DNA of 64,000 nucleotides from Candidatus Wolfebacteria bacterium (GTDB lineage: Bacteria; Patescibacteriota; Minisyncoccia; UBA6257; UBA9933), in assembly GCA_024654025.1 (NCBI GenBank), contig JANLIR010000005.1, forward strand, positions 1,174-65,173. The letters are read 5' to 3'. Position numbers and translations under genes: made by a program. The notes under the pieces are model-generated. The model searched no databases. It saw nothing but the letters and a program-made list of their open reading frames with translations, and was not told where the DNA came from. Shown here piece by piece: positions 10,158 to 19,815 of this stretch. Position 1 is the first letter of the stretch; the number at the start of each line of letters is the position of its first letter.

Positions 10158-12527
10158 ATGATTTTTTATATTATTTTAATAGTCCCGGTTTTAATTGCGG
10201 CTATTACCGCGCTCTTTTTAATTTACCGCTCAAGCAAAAAACGAAAGCTGGCGCAAACGATGGAAATGAAATTGCTTTCGATTAGCTTGCCCAAAAAACA
10301 AAAAAGCGATTTTTCTCAGCCGGGCCAGCCCAATGATTGGAAAGAAGAAATAAATTTATCAGCCCAGCTTTTTTCCATTCTTGCCAGTTTAAAATCTCAT
10401 TTTGTATTGGAAGCCGCGGTTCATCATGTCGGCGAAGAAATTCATTTTTATATCGGGGTTCCGACAAAATCCGTGGAAGCCGTAATCCGGCAAATCCAAG
10501 GCCTTTGGAAAGACGCGCAAGTCAGTTACGTTGACGATTACAATATTTTTAATTCAAACGGCGAAAGCGCCGGAGTTTTTGTCCAGCAAAAATTTTCTTA
10601 CGCCCTGCCGGTCAGAACCTATATTGAATCCAATACCGACACCTTTGCGCCTATTTTAAGCGGATTAAGCAAGATCAGCGAGGTGGGAGAGGGAATAGCC
10701 ATTCAAATTTTAGGAAATCCCGCGCCCGAGTCGGTAAAGAAAAATATTTTACAAATGCTCGAATCTTTGAAAAAGGGAGCTAAAATGGAGGATTTGATAA
10801 AGGGATTAAAAATCGGCTTCGGCGACATAAAAAAAATAGTGGCAGGACCGGAAGAGAAAAAAGAAAACGAACCGAAAATAATCGATGAAGACGCGATAAA
10901 AGCGTTGGAGTCAAAAATTTCCAAACCGCTTTTAGCTTTAAATATCCGCGTTGTCGCTTCGGCCTTAAATAATATTCAAGCGGATATAATTTTAGACGGC
11001 GTATTAAGCGGTTTTTCCCAATTCAGTTCGCCTCGCCGGCAAGAATTTAAAATAGTAAAACCGCGCAACGCGAAAGATTTCTTTTATAATTTTTCTTTTA
11101 GGGATTTTGATGAAAATCAAAATGTCGTGTTAAACACCGAAGAGCTAGCCAGTGTTTTTCATTTCCCAACCGCCACAACCGATATCCCTAAAATAAAATG
11201 GGCGAAAGCTAAAGAAGCGCCGCCTCCTGTTCTGCCGAGCTCCGGAACCTTAGTCGGTGAAAGCGATTTTAGAGACGAACATAAGCCCGTTTATATCGCC
11301 GAAGAAGATCGTAGGCGGCATGTTTATTTAATCGGCCAAACCGGAACCGGCAAAACTAATCTGCTGATGAATATGGCGATCGAGGACATCAAACAAGGCA
11401 AGGGAGTTTGTATTATCGATCCGCACGGCGAAGACGCGGAATCCGTTTTAAGCGTTATTCCCAAAGACCGTCTCGATGACGTTATAGTTTTTGACCCTGC
11501 CGACCTCCAAAAGCCGTTGGGCATGAACATGCTTGAATATGATTTTAATAAACCTGAAGAAAAAACATTTATTGTCAATGAATTATTTAATATTTTTGAC
11601 AAACTTTACGACATGAAAGTCGCGGGCGGTCCGATGTTTGAACAATATACTAAAAACGCGATTCTGCTTTTAATGGAGGATATGGTAAACGAACCGGCAA
11701 CTTTGATGGAAATCCAGAGAGTTTTCACCGACGACGATTATCGGGAAAGAAAATTAATGAGAATCGCTAATCCGGTAGTTATAGATTTTTGGGAAAAAGA
11801 AGCGCAAAAAGCCACAGGCGAACACTCATTGGCAAATATGTCCGCGTATATAACTTCAAAATTCAATAATTTTACGATTAACGATTATGTGCGGCCGATA
11901 ATAGGACAAGAAAAATCCGCGTTCAATTTTCGGAAAATAATGGATGAAGGTAAAATTTTAATTCTGCCTCTTTCCAAAGGAAAAATCGGCGAAGCCAACG
12001 CTAATTTATTAGGAATGATAATATTGGGGAAAATTTTGATGGCGGCGTTGTCGCGAGCTGATATGCCGCAGGAAAACCGCCGGGACTTTAATTTATTTAT
12101 CGACGAATTCCAAAACTTTACAACTGATTCAACATCGATAATTTTAGCCGAGGCGCGCAAATATCGGCTTAACCTGGTAATGGCGCATCAATTCATCGCC
12201 CAACTGCCCGACAAAATAAAAGATTCAGTTTTCGGAAACGTCGGCACCAAAATTGCTTTTAGAGTTGGTATTTCCGACGCTGAATTTCTGGTGAAAGAAT
12301 TTTCGCCGGTTTTCGACCAAACTGACTTAACAACCATTGCCACCGGCCGCGCTTATATAAAAATGTTAATTCACGGCGCTCCGGCTTCGCCTTTCAGCAT
12401 CAAAACTTTTTTAAAACCAAAAGCCGATTACAACACTATCGCTACAGTCAAAGAAATTTCTCGCTTAAAATACGGAACCAATCGCCAGGAAGTGGAACAA
12501 AAAATAATTAGTCGCCTTCGCTCCTAG
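10158..12527 (+). CDS. VirB4/TrwB/HerA-like ATPase
   Basis: N-terminal TM; RRHVYLIGQTGTGKT, IDPHGE, IDEFQNF, EARKYRL, HQFIAQL. Confidence 0.9.
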   Translation: MIFYIILIVPVLIAAITALFLIYRSSKKRKLAQTMEMKLLSISLPKKQKSDFSQPGQPNDWKEEINLSAQLFSILASLKSHFVLEAAVHHVGEEIHFYIGVPTKSVEAVIRQIQGLWKDAQVSYVDDYNIFNSNGESAGVFVQQKFSYALPVRTYIESNTDTFAPILSGLSKISEVGEGIAIQILGNPAPESVKKNILQMLESLKKGAKMEDLIKGLKIGFGDIKKIVAGPEEKKENEPKIIDEDAIKALESKISKPLLALNIRVVASALNNIQADIILDGVLSGFSQFSSPRRQEFKIVKPRNAKDFFYNFSFRDFDENQNVVLNTEELASVFHFPTATTDIPKIKWAKAKEAPPPVLPSSGTLVGESDFRDEHKPVYIAEEDRRRHVYLIGQTGTGKTNLLMNMAIEDIKQGKGVCIIDPHGEDAESVLSVIPKDRLDDVIVFDPADLQKPLGMNMLEYDFNKPEEKTFIVNELFNIFDKLYDMKVAGGPMFEQYTKNAILLLMEDMVNEPATLMEIQRVFTDDDYRERKLMRIANPVVIDFWEKEAQKATGEHSLANMSAYITSKFNNFTINDYVRPIIGQEKSAFNFRKIMDEGKILILPLSKGKIGEANANLLGMIILGKILMAALSRADMPQENRRDFNLFIDEFQNFTTDSTSIILAEARKYRLNLVMAHQFIAQLPDKIKDSVFGNVGTKIAFRVGISDAEFLVKEFSPVFDQTDLTTIATGRAYIKMLIHGAPASPFSIKTFLKPKADYNTIATVKEISRLKYGTNRQEVEQKIISRLRS

Positions 12528-12529
12528 TT

Positions 12530-12565
12530 GTCATCCCGATCCGTCAGCTGACGGAGAGGGATCTC
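12530..12565. repeat. REP-like palindromic element
   Basis: GTCATCCCGA-TCCGTCAGCTGACGGA-GAGGGATCTC nested palindrome. Confidence 0.65.
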
Positions 12566-12601
12566 ATGATTTTTAAAATTTGTATTTTGTAATTCTTAAT
12601 T

Positions 12602-12943
12602 ATGGTGGCCCACATCTTTAAAGACAAAAATTTGCGTTTAATATTTTCCGCAGCTATGGTTGTTCTGATAATTACGGCAGTTGTCGGTTATTTTAAATTC
12701 GGGTCAGTGACTGAAAAAATAATCGTTCATTTTGATATTTTTAAAGGAATTGATGTTTTAGGAAACAAAACGGATGTTCGCGCAATTATTATTTACGGCT
12801 TTATCGTCTCGGCCATCAATTTTTTTCTGGCCGATTTTCTTTACGAACGGGAAAGATTTTTGTCTTATATTTTTTCGTTCGCCACTCTGTTTCTATCGCT
12901 TCTAATTCTAACGGTTATTTCGGTTATAATTTCGAAAAATTAA
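12602..12943 (+). CDS. Hypothetical membrane protein (DUF1648-like)
   Basis: 3 TM helices; IIVHFDIFKGID. Confidence 0.7.
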   Translation: MVAHIFKDKNLRLIFSAAMVVLIITAVVGYFKFGSVTEKIIVHFDIFKGIDVLGNKTDVRAIIIYGFIVSAINFFLADFLYERERFLSYIFSFATLFLSLLILTVISVIISKN

Positions 12944-13662
12944 GCCTTAGCAATAACAAGCGCGGCGATTTTACGCGCGCCGGCACTTCTTAAAACTTTC
13001 ACAGCTTCATTTATTGTCGCTCCTGACGTAAAAACATCATCAACTAACAAAATATTTTTGCCTTTAATCTGGTTCGCGTTAATAACCTCGAAACAATCCT
13101 TTACGTTTTTTTCTCGGTCGCCCGATTTTTTTGCCTGCACTTGAGGATTTGTTTTCTTTATTCTTTTCAACCCATCAACTAAATTAATTTTTAACTTTTC
13201 GGATAAAATTTCAGCCAGTAATTTTGACTGGTTATAGCCCCTCTGGCGCTCCCGGGAAGTATGCAAAGGAATTGGAACTAAAATAAAACCAGAAGTATCA
13301 AATCCGGTTCGGCCAAGAAATTCAAGAATAAGTTCAGAAAGAAAAGGCGCCAGATTTTGAAAATTTTCGTATTTAAAATAATGAATTAAGCTGTTTATAA
13401 CAGGATTGTCGTAATTTGCCGCCGCGCCCAAAATATATCTGGGCACGCCTTCGTGACGGCAGATTACTTTATTGTCGGCTAAACGAAGACGACAAACCGG
13501 ACACGAAAAAGCCGAATTAATTACGATTAACTTTAGGCAAGCGTCGCAAAGGCATTGTTTTTCTTTGGGTTTTTCTTCAATTTTTTCTTCGAGATTTTTA
13601 AAACAACCCAAGCAAACCGGCGGAAATAGAACGTCAAGAATTATTTTTTTCGCGTTAATCAA
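12940..13662 (-). CDS. comF: ComF family phosphoribosyltransferase-like competence protein
   Basis: Zn-finger CxxC motifs, PIPLH-RGYNQ, LVDDVFTSGAT. Confidence 0.93.
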   Translation of the reverse strand: MINAKKIILDVLFPPVCLGCFKNLEEKIEEKPKEKQCLCDACLKLIVINSAFSCPVCRLRLADNKVICRHEGVPRYILGAAANYDNPVINSLIHYFKYENFQNLAPFLSELILEFLGRTGFDTSGFILVPIPLHTSRERQRGYNQSKLLAEILSEKLKINLVDGLKRIKKTNPQVQAKKSGDREKNVKDCFEVINANQIKGKNILLVDDVFTSGATINEAVKVLRSAGARKIAALVIAKA

Positions 13663-13663
13663 A

Positions 13664-14443
13664 TTATTTCAGCGCAAATCGAAACCGGCGGATTATCAAG
13701 GTTATAACAAAAAATCCGGCGCTTATAAGTATGAATAATGGTCCCGGAGCTGTTTTAGAATTAAATGCGAAAATCATTCCCAGTATCGTCGTTAAAATTC
13801 CAAGCGAAACGCTGATTGTCATAAAAGATTTTAAACTTTTAGCTATATTTTTAGCGGAAGCCGCCGGTATTATCACAAGCGATCCCATCAAAAGCGCCCC
13901 GACAAATCTTATTCCTAAGGCAACTGCCAGCGCAAAAATAAGAAGATATATTAATTCCAAAATTCGATTTTTAATGCCGATTGATTGCGCCAGCTCTTGT
14001 GAAAGCATATTTAACGCTAATTTTTTATAGATTGCCAAAAGCGTAATTATAACAACAGCTGAAACAAAAATAGAAAATAACGCTTCTTGTCGGCTTAATA
14101 AACTTATGTTTCCAAAAAGAGCTTCCAGAAGTTCTTGTTGAGGAGTAATCAAAACTCCAATTGCCAAACTGACCGTAAAAAATACTCCGATTAAAGTATC
14201 AACTGAAAGCGTTGTGTAATATTCTAAAAACCATACACCGAGCGTAGCTAACAGTAAAAATCCTGCGGCGCCCCAAAACGGATTAAAGTTAAACATAAGG
14301 CCCAAGGCAAGGCCCGGCAAAGCCACATGCGAAAGCGCGTCGCCAGCCAAAGCCATTTTTCGCAAAATAACGAAAGCGCCCAGCAAACTAGTGCTGGCCC
14401 CTATAAAAATCGCCACGATTAAAGGTTGTATTAAATCCGTCAT
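13664..14443 (-). CDS. znuB: Zn/Mn ABC transporter permease
   Basis: GDALSHVALPG, LFGNI, VGALL-IIPAA. Confidence 0.9.
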   Translation of the reverse strand: MTDLIQPLIVAIFIGASTSLLGAFVILRKMALAGDALSHVALPGLALGLMFNFNPFWGAAGFLLLATLGVWFLEYYTTLSVDTLIGVFFTVSLAIGVLITPQQELLEALFGNISLLSRQEALFSIFVSAVVIITLLAIYKKLALNMLSQELAQSIGIKNRILELIYLLIFALAVALGIRFVGALLMGSLVIIPAASAKNIAKSLKSFMTISVSLGILTTILGMIFAFNSKTAPGPLFILISAGFFVITLIIRRFRFALK

Positions 14444-14476
14444 AGTAATTAGGAATTAGTAGTTAGAATTTAGTAA

Positions 14477-15163
14477 TTAATGTTTATGCTCGTAAAACGC
14501 TTTTTCTCCCCCATAAAGCTCGTTTAGATTTTGCGCGGTTAAAACTTTAGCTGGCGGGCCGTAGCATAAATTCTTTTTGTTCAAACAAATAACTTTAGTG
14601 GCGTACTCTGAAACGATATTCAAATCGTGCGATATTAAAATAACCGTAAGATTCAATTTTTTGTGCATTTGGCTGATTGTTTTTAAAATTGATTCCTGAC
14701 CGTAAATATCAATATCAGCTGTCGGTTCATCAAACAACAAAACATCCGGATTATCCATCATGGCCCAGCCAACCAACAGGCGCTGTCGTTGTCCAACAGA
14801 AATTTCTCCCAGCCCTTTTTTTAAAATATTTTCTTCAAGCTGAATAAAACTAAGAGCTTCTCGTATGCGTTTTGCGTTAGCGATTTTTCCTCTTAATTTA
14901 AAAAATTCTTTGACGGTTATCGGCACATCAATGTCTATATCCAAACGTTGGGGAACATAGCCTATTTTAACATTCGGCTCCCATTTTATTTCTCCCTCAT
15001 AAGAAATCATATTGAGCAGCGCTTTAAATAAAGTTGTTTTGCCCGCTCCGTTAGGGCCAATTACGGTTAAAATTTCGCCGCGGTTAACCTCTAGAGTTAT
15101 ATTTTGCAAAATTTTTTCACCGCCCAAATTAACGCTCAAATTTTTTACTTTGAGTATTTGCAT
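14477..15163 (-). CDS. znuC: Zn/Mn ABC transporter ATPase
   Basis: GPNGAGKTT, GYVPQ, DEPT, SHDL, His-rich end. Confidence 0.9.
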   Translation of the reverse strand: MQILKVKNLSVNLGGEKILQNITLEVNRGEILTVIGPNGAGKTTLFKALLNMISYEGEIKWEPNVKIGYVPQRLDIDIDVPITVKEFFKLRGKIANAKRIREALSFIQLEENILKKGLGEISVGQRQRLLVGWAMMDNPDVLLFDEPTADIDIYGQESILKTISQMHKKLNLTVILISHDLNIVSEYATKVICLNKKNLCYGPPAKVLTAQNLNELYGGEKAFYEHKH

Positions 15164-15192
15164 GTTTAATTATTATATCATAAAATTTAACA

Positions 15193-15741
15193 ATGAAATA
15201 TTTAGAAGAAAATATATTGGCAGCCCTAGAGGCTGTTTTATTTGTTCACGGAGAACCTCTTGAAACAAAAAAACTTTCAAAAATTTTAGAGGTCGGCGAA
15301 GAAAAAATTGGCGAGTTGGTAGAACGATTATCAAAAATTTTAGAAGACAAAAATAGGGGATTAGTGTTGATTAGAGACGGCTCGCGTGTTGAATTGGCCA
15401 CAAAGCCCGAGCTATCTTCTTTGATAGAGGGCTTTATAAAAAGCGAATTTGACGAAAATTTGACGCCGGCAGCTCTGGAAACCCTTTCGTTAATAGCCTA
15501 TTTCGGGCCTTTATCACGCGTTCAAATTGATTACTACCGGGGAGTTAATTCGTCTTTTACCGTAAGAAATCTTTTATTAAAGGGTCTTATAGAAAGATTC
15601 AACAAGCCGGACAACCAGCACGTCTTTTTTTACAAACCCAGCATAGATTTGTTAAAATATTTAGGTATTTCTAAAATAGAAGAATTGCCTGAATACGAAA
15701 AATATAAAGAGTTGTCGGTTCAAGACAGCCAACAAACATGA
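15193..15741 (+). CDS. scpB: SMC-Scp complex subunit ScpB
   Basis: LEAVLF, AALETLSLIAY, RGVNS. Confidence 0.95.
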   Translation: MKYLEENILAALEAVLFVHGEPLETKKLSKILEVGEEKIGELVERLSKILEDKNRGLVLIRDGSRVELATKPELSSLIEGFIKSEFDENLTPAALETLSLIAYFGPLSRVQIDYYRGVNSSFTVRNLLLKGLIERFNKPDNQHVFFYKPSIDLLKYLGISKIEELPEYEKYKELSVQDSQQT

Positions 15742-16709
15742 AGTCCTACAGTCGTATATTTTTTTTAACTTTAATTTTTATCGTTTCCGTTTTGACGGTT
15801 AAAATTTGGGGCGATAAAATTTCCAGCCCTAAAGTTTCAGCTCTAGCAACGGTTAAAAATGTTCTGGAGGGTGCCGGCGGAGACATAAACCAAGAAAGCC
15901 CCGTTATTGATAAAACATTCGTATCAGAAATAGCCTCAACGGGAAATTTTTCAGAAAACCCCACCTCTACCTTGAAATTCGCTTCCGAAGGAGTCTGTTC
16001 GGAAGTTGAATTTTCCAGCCGAGCGATTTTAGTTGAATATTTAAATCAAAATATTAGCGTGGCGGAAATAAATTCCACTCGGCGCTGGCCAATCGCTTCA
16101 ATAACAAAATTAATAACTGCCGTTGTCGCCGTCGAAAACATCGACCCGGAACTTTCCATCACTCTCACGGATAAAGCGTTAAAAGCCGAGGGAGATGTCG
16201 GTAATTTCAAATCAGTCCAGACATTTAAAGCAAATGATTTAATAAAAGCGATGCTTTTACTTTCCAGCAACGACGCGGCAATGGCTTTGTCGGAAACATT
16301 CGGTTCAGAAAAATTTTTGGCGTTGATGCGCGGTAAATTAAAAGAAATCGGAATGGAAGAAACGAGCCTTTATGAGTCTACCGGTCTTTCGTCAAAAAAC
16401 CAGTCCACTCCGCGTGACATCGCAAAATTGATGAGGTATCTTTACAATTATCATCCCGAAATTTTAAAATTGACTCGGTCGCCGAGAGAAATGGCTTACG
16501 AAATAAAAACTAAAACGAGGGAAGTTTTTATGAATATAAATAAATTTGCCGGCCAATCGGGCTTTATCGGCGGTAAAACCGGCTTCATAAATGATTCCGG
16601 AGGAAATTTAGTTTCACTGTTTAATGTCCGGGGCCAGCCGGTTGTTATAATAGTTTTCGGCTCAAACGACAGGTTTAAAGAAAGCGAACAAATTTTAGAA
16701 TGTATTTAA
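15738..16709 (+). CDS. D-alanyl-D-alanine carboxypeptidase (S11)
   Basis: ASITK, SSN and KTG motifs. Confidence 0.9.
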   Translation: MKSYSRIFFLTLIFIVSVLTVKIWGDKISSPKVSALATVKNVLEGAGGDINQESPVIDKTFVSEIASTGNFSENPTSTLKFASEGVCSEVEFSSRAILVEYLNQNISVAEINSTRRWPIASITKLITAVVAVENIDPELSITLTDKALKAEGDVGNFKSVQTFKANDLIKAMLLLSSNDAAMALSETFGSEKFLALMRGKLKEIGMEETSLYESTGLSSKNQSTPRDIAKLMRYLYNYHPEILKLTRSPREMAYEIKTKTREVFMNINKFAGQSGFIGGKTGFINDSGGNLVSLFNVRGQPVVIIVFGSNDRFKESEQILECI

Positions 16710-17779
16710 CTCACGTATTTTTAATAATTAAAATTATAAGTTTTTTAGCGGCGTCTTTTGTGGTCGCGCTCTTGATTGAACCGGCGCTAAGTTATTTTTT
16801 ATATAAATACCAAGCCTGGAAAAAGAAACCGAAAGATGTGAGCGCCGACGGACGCGACACCCCAATTTTTAAAAAATTCCACAGCGTTAAAGAAACGAGC
16901 GTTCCCAGAATGGGAGGAATATTAATTTGGGGAACGGTTTTAATAGTCACGGCGCTGAGTTTTCTGATGTCTAAATTTTTCCCTGCTCAAATAGGAGCTC
17001 GGATTAATTTTCTTAACCGTTCGCAAACTTGGCTGCCGCTTTTTTCTTTAATCGCCGCTTCTCTTTTAGGCTTAGTTGACGATATAAAAACAATCAAGGG
17101 AAACGGGAAATATATAACCGGCGGAATGCGATTTAAAACCCGTTTGGCTTTAATATCCGCTATAGCCCTTGCCGGCGCTTGGTGGTTCTATTTTAAACTC
17201 GGCTGGAGCAGTATTTATATTCCATTTTATGGAAACGTCGCGATAGACGGTTTATATATAATACTTTTTGTTTTGGCTATTTTAGCAACATTTTCAACCG
17301 GCGTAGTAGACGGCTTGGACGGGCTTTCGGCCGGGGTATTAGCTCCAATTTTTGGAGCTTACGGGGTTATAGCTTATTCAAGAGGTTTGTATGATTTAAC
17401 CACCTTTATAGTTATTATTATTGGCGCTTTAATAACATACCTATGGTTTAACGTGCCGCCGGCGAAATTCTATATGGGAGAAACCGGGATCATGGGGCTT
17501 ACGGTTGTTCTTGCTGTAATCGCGTTTTTAACGAATTCCATTTTATTTTTGCCCATAATCGGATTGGTGTTAGTAATTGAGGCTCTTTCGGTTATAATTC
17601 AGCTCACTTCTAAAAAATTTAGAAACGGGAAAAAAGTTTTTTTGGCAGCTCCGATACACCATCATTTTGAGGCTAAGGGCTGGTCTGAAGCCCAAATCAC
17701 AATGCGGTTTTGGATTATTTCAGGAGTATTTTCCAGCCTGGGGCTAGTTCTTTACTTTTTAAGCAAGTTTTTGTATTAA
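16700..17779 (+). CDS. mraY: Phospho-N-acetylmuramoyl-pentapeptide transferase
   Basis: PRMGG, DD, DGLDGL, APIHHHFE. Confidence 0.95.
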   Translation: MYLTHVFLIIKIISFLAASFVVALLIEPALSYFLYKYQAWKKKPKDVSADGRDTPIFKKFHSVKETSVPRMGGILIWGTVLIVTALSFLMSKFFPAQIGARINFLNRSQTWLPLFSLIAASLLGLVDDIKTIKGNGKYITGGMRFKTRLALISAIALAGAWWFYFKLGWSSIYIPFYGNVAIDGLYIILFVLAILATFSTGVVDGLDGLSAGVLAPIFGAYGVIAYSRGLYDLTTFIVIIIGALITYLWFNVPPAKFYMGETGIMGLTVVLAVIAFLTNSILFLPIIGLVLVIEALSVIIQLTSKKFRNGKKVFLAAPIHHHFEAKGWSEAQITMRFWIISGVFSSLGLVLYFLSKFLY

Positions 17780-17825
17780 ATTTTTAAGCGGGTGTAGTAT
17801 AGTGGCAATATACGACCTTCCCAAG

Positions 17826-17966
17826 CCCCGCACCAAAGAAAGATATTGAGCATAATCTTGCGGGTATAGTATAGTGGTAGTACGCGACCTTCCCAAGGTT
17901 GAAGCGTGGGTCCGATCCCCATTACCCGCTCATAAAAAGCAAGCAATCTTTCTTTTGGTGACGGGG
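17826..17966. mobile_element. MITE-like hairpin element carrying a tRNA
   Basis: Arms CCCCGCACCAAAGAAAGAT / ATCTTTCTTTTGGTGACGGGG; CAAG direct repeat on both flanks. Confidence 0.75.
17860..17930 (+). tRNA. Intact inner tRNA-Gly(CCC)
   Basis: 71-nt cloverleaf, GCGGGTA/TACCCGC acceptor, anticodon CCC; T loop TCCGATC (C instead of U at 55). Confidence 0.9.
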
Positions 17967-18038
17967 CAAGGTTGAGACGAGGGTTCGATTCCCTTCACCC
18001 GCTCATGAAGTGCCGGGAATAAACAGAAAATCACAACT

Positions 18039-18557
18039 ATGTTAACGCTGGAGCAAGAAAAGTGGATTGCCCATTTGTCTGATGAGAACAAAATAATAAT
18101 CGTTCCATTCGACCCGACTGCAGAAGAAAAGTTCCAAAAAGTTAAACAAAGAATCAACGACTCGATAGGAAGAGAAGTGCCAGTAGAACATCGAGGAGCG
18201 ACGAGTTTAGGAATATCCGGACAAGATGAAATTGACGTCTACATTCCAATTCCATCGGCGAGATTTAATTCATTAGTCGATCCATTAAAAAATATTTTTG
18301 GCGAACCAAAAAGTTTGTACCCGCTTGAAAGAGCGAGGTTCGTAACAGAAGAAAATGGAAAACATATCGATGTATTTTTAATAAACGAAGAGCATGACGG
18401 GTGGAAAAATGCAGTTAAGTTTGAAGAATATTTACGATCTCACCCAGAAGCCTTAGAAAAATATCGACAATTAAAAGAAGACGGTAATGGATTAAGTGTT
18501 CGAGAATATTATCGAAGAAAAACAGAATTTATAAATGAAATTTTATCTGAAGTCTAA
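18039..18557 (+). CDS. GrpB family (nucleotidyltransferase-like) protein
   Basis: VEHRGATS-DEIDV; F-YLRSHPE-Y-LK; Y-RKTEFI. Confidence 0.85.
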   Translation: MLTLEQEKWIAHLSDENKIIIVPFDPTAEEKFQKVKQRINDSIGREVPVEHRGATSLGISGQDEIDVYIPIPSARFNSLVDPLKNIFGEPKSLYPLERARFVTEENGKHIDVFLINEEHDGWKNAVKFEEYLRSHPEALEKYRQLKEDGNGLSVREYYRRKTEFINEILSEV

Positions 18558-18565
18558 AAATAAAA

Positions 18566-19723
18566 ATTATTAAAATAAAACTCTTAACCTCTCTCAAGTC
18601 TAAAAATCTATCAAATAAAACGTGTCTTTTGCGCGTTGATTTTAATATAGAAGAAGGCGAAATAATTAATAAAAACCCGCGATTTTTGAACGCCGTCAAT
18701 ACGATAAAGTTTTTAAATAATCATGGCGCAAAGGTGGTTGTTTTGAGCCACCGAGGAAGGCCGAAGATAACTACAAACTACAAACTACAAACTACAAACT
18801 ATTCATTAAAATCATTTGCAAAAGCACTTTCTAATACGTTAAAAAAACCAGTTCATTTTGCAGGGTTAAACGATAAAAATTTTAGAGAAAAAATCAGAAA
18901 TTCTAAATCAGAAAGCGTTTTTTTACTGGAAAATTTAAGATTTTTCCCGGGTGAGGATAAAAACGATAAAAACTTCGCTAAAAAAATAGCTACACTCGGC
19001 GATTTTTACGTAAACGACGCGTTCGCGTTCAGTCACAGAAAAACAGCTTCAATGGCGGCAATAACCGATTTTTTGCCGTCTTATGCCGGACCGAATCTGG
19101 AAAAAGAAATTAAAAATTTAAGTTCAGTTTTAAAAAACTACAAAAAACCATTAATTGTTATTTTAGGTGGTGTAAAAATTTCTACAAAACTCGGATTGAT
19201 AAAAAACTTTTTCAGTAAAGCGGATTATTTTTTGATTGGTAGCGCCATGGCCGACAATTTTTTGGTTGCCCAAGGGCTTCCGATAGGCGATTCTGTTTAC
19301 GAAAAAGAAATGGTTCCTTTCGCCAAAAAACTTCTAAAACAAGCAAAAATTGTTTTACCAACAGATTTAGTAATTAACAATCGTAAAATTTTGGATATTG
19401 GCAAAAAAACCGAAAAACATTTCGCGGATATTATTAAATATGCGAAAACTATTATTTGGAACGGGCCAGTAGGGCGATTTGAAATCCCTAAGTTTGCCAA
19501 AGGAACACAGACAATAATTGAAGCGATTCTAAAAAACAAAAACGCTAAGGTCGTTATTGGAGGAGGGGAGACGATAGCGGCAATTTCTAAATACCAGTCA
19601 GTGATTTCTAAAAATAAAAATATATTCGTTTCCACCGGAGGAGGGGCGATGTTGGAATATTTATCCGCTAAAAAACTTCCAGGTCTAATAGCTCTACACA
19701 ATACCAATAATACTAACCGATGA
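18566..19723 (+). CDS. pgk: Phosphoglycerate kinase (start uncertain, probably ATT/ATA)
   Basis: LRVDFN, SHRGRP, LLENLRF, NDAF-HR, WNGP, STGGGA; frame open upstream of TTG 18629 to 18551. Confidence 0.95.
   Translation: MIKIKLLTSLKSKNLSNKTCLLRVDFNIEEGEIINKNPRFLNAVNTIKFLNNHGAKVVVLSHRGRPKITTNYKLQTTNYSLKSFAKALSNTLKKPVHFAGLNDKNFREKIRNSKSESVFLLENLRFFPGEDKNDKNFAKKIATLGDFYVNDAFAFSHRKTASMAAITDFLPSYAGPNLEKEIKNLSSVLKNYKKPLIVILGGVKISTKLGLIKNFFSKADYFLIGSAMADNFLVAQGLPIGDSVYEKEMVPFAKKLLKQAKIVLPTDLVINNRKILDIGKKTEKHFADIIKYAKTIIWNGPVGRFEIPKFAKGTQTIIEAILKNKNAKVVIGGGETIAAISKYQSVISKNKNIFVSTGGGAMLEYLSAKKLPGLIALHNTNNTNR
18769..18801 (+). repeat. Perfect heptamer tandem repeat (AACTACA) x4.7 inside pgk
   Basis: Read directly; encodes TTNYKLQTTNY. 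Confidence 0.95.
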
Positions 19724-19755
19724 TGCTAATTGATACAAATTTTAAAAAATGAATT

Positions 19756-19787
19756 CCTTAGTGTTATGCTTTAGCATAACACTAAGG
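19756..19787. repeat. Near-perfect intergenic inverted repeat
   Basis: CCTTAGTGTTATGCT-TT-AGCATAACACTAAGG. Confidence 0.8.
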
Positions 19788-19815
19788 TTCTGCCAAACAA
19801 AAAGCCAAACTATTT

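Larger units (their letters stand above)
17788..18003 (+). tRNA. Interrupted outer tRNA-Gly(CCC): 5' half 17788-17823, 3' half 17969-18003
   Basis: Joined halves give a 71-nt cloverleaf: GCGGGTG/CACCCGC acceptor, CGACC-TTCCCAA-GGTTG anticodon arm, GAGGG-TTCGATT-CCCTT T arm. Confidence 0.88.

Noticed and set aside
10158-12527. Conjugative element
   Set aside because: Lone VirB4/TrwB-like ATPase among housekeeping genes; no relaxase or mating-pair genes
17824-17968. Group I or II intron in tRNA-Gly
   Set aside because: Only about 74 nt remain outside the inner tRNA and they form a simple hairpin; no catalytic core
17788-18003. Simple tandem tRNA duplication or attL/attR scar
   Set aside because: Acceptor-stem covariation pairs outer 5' with outer 3' and inner with inner; no integrase nearby
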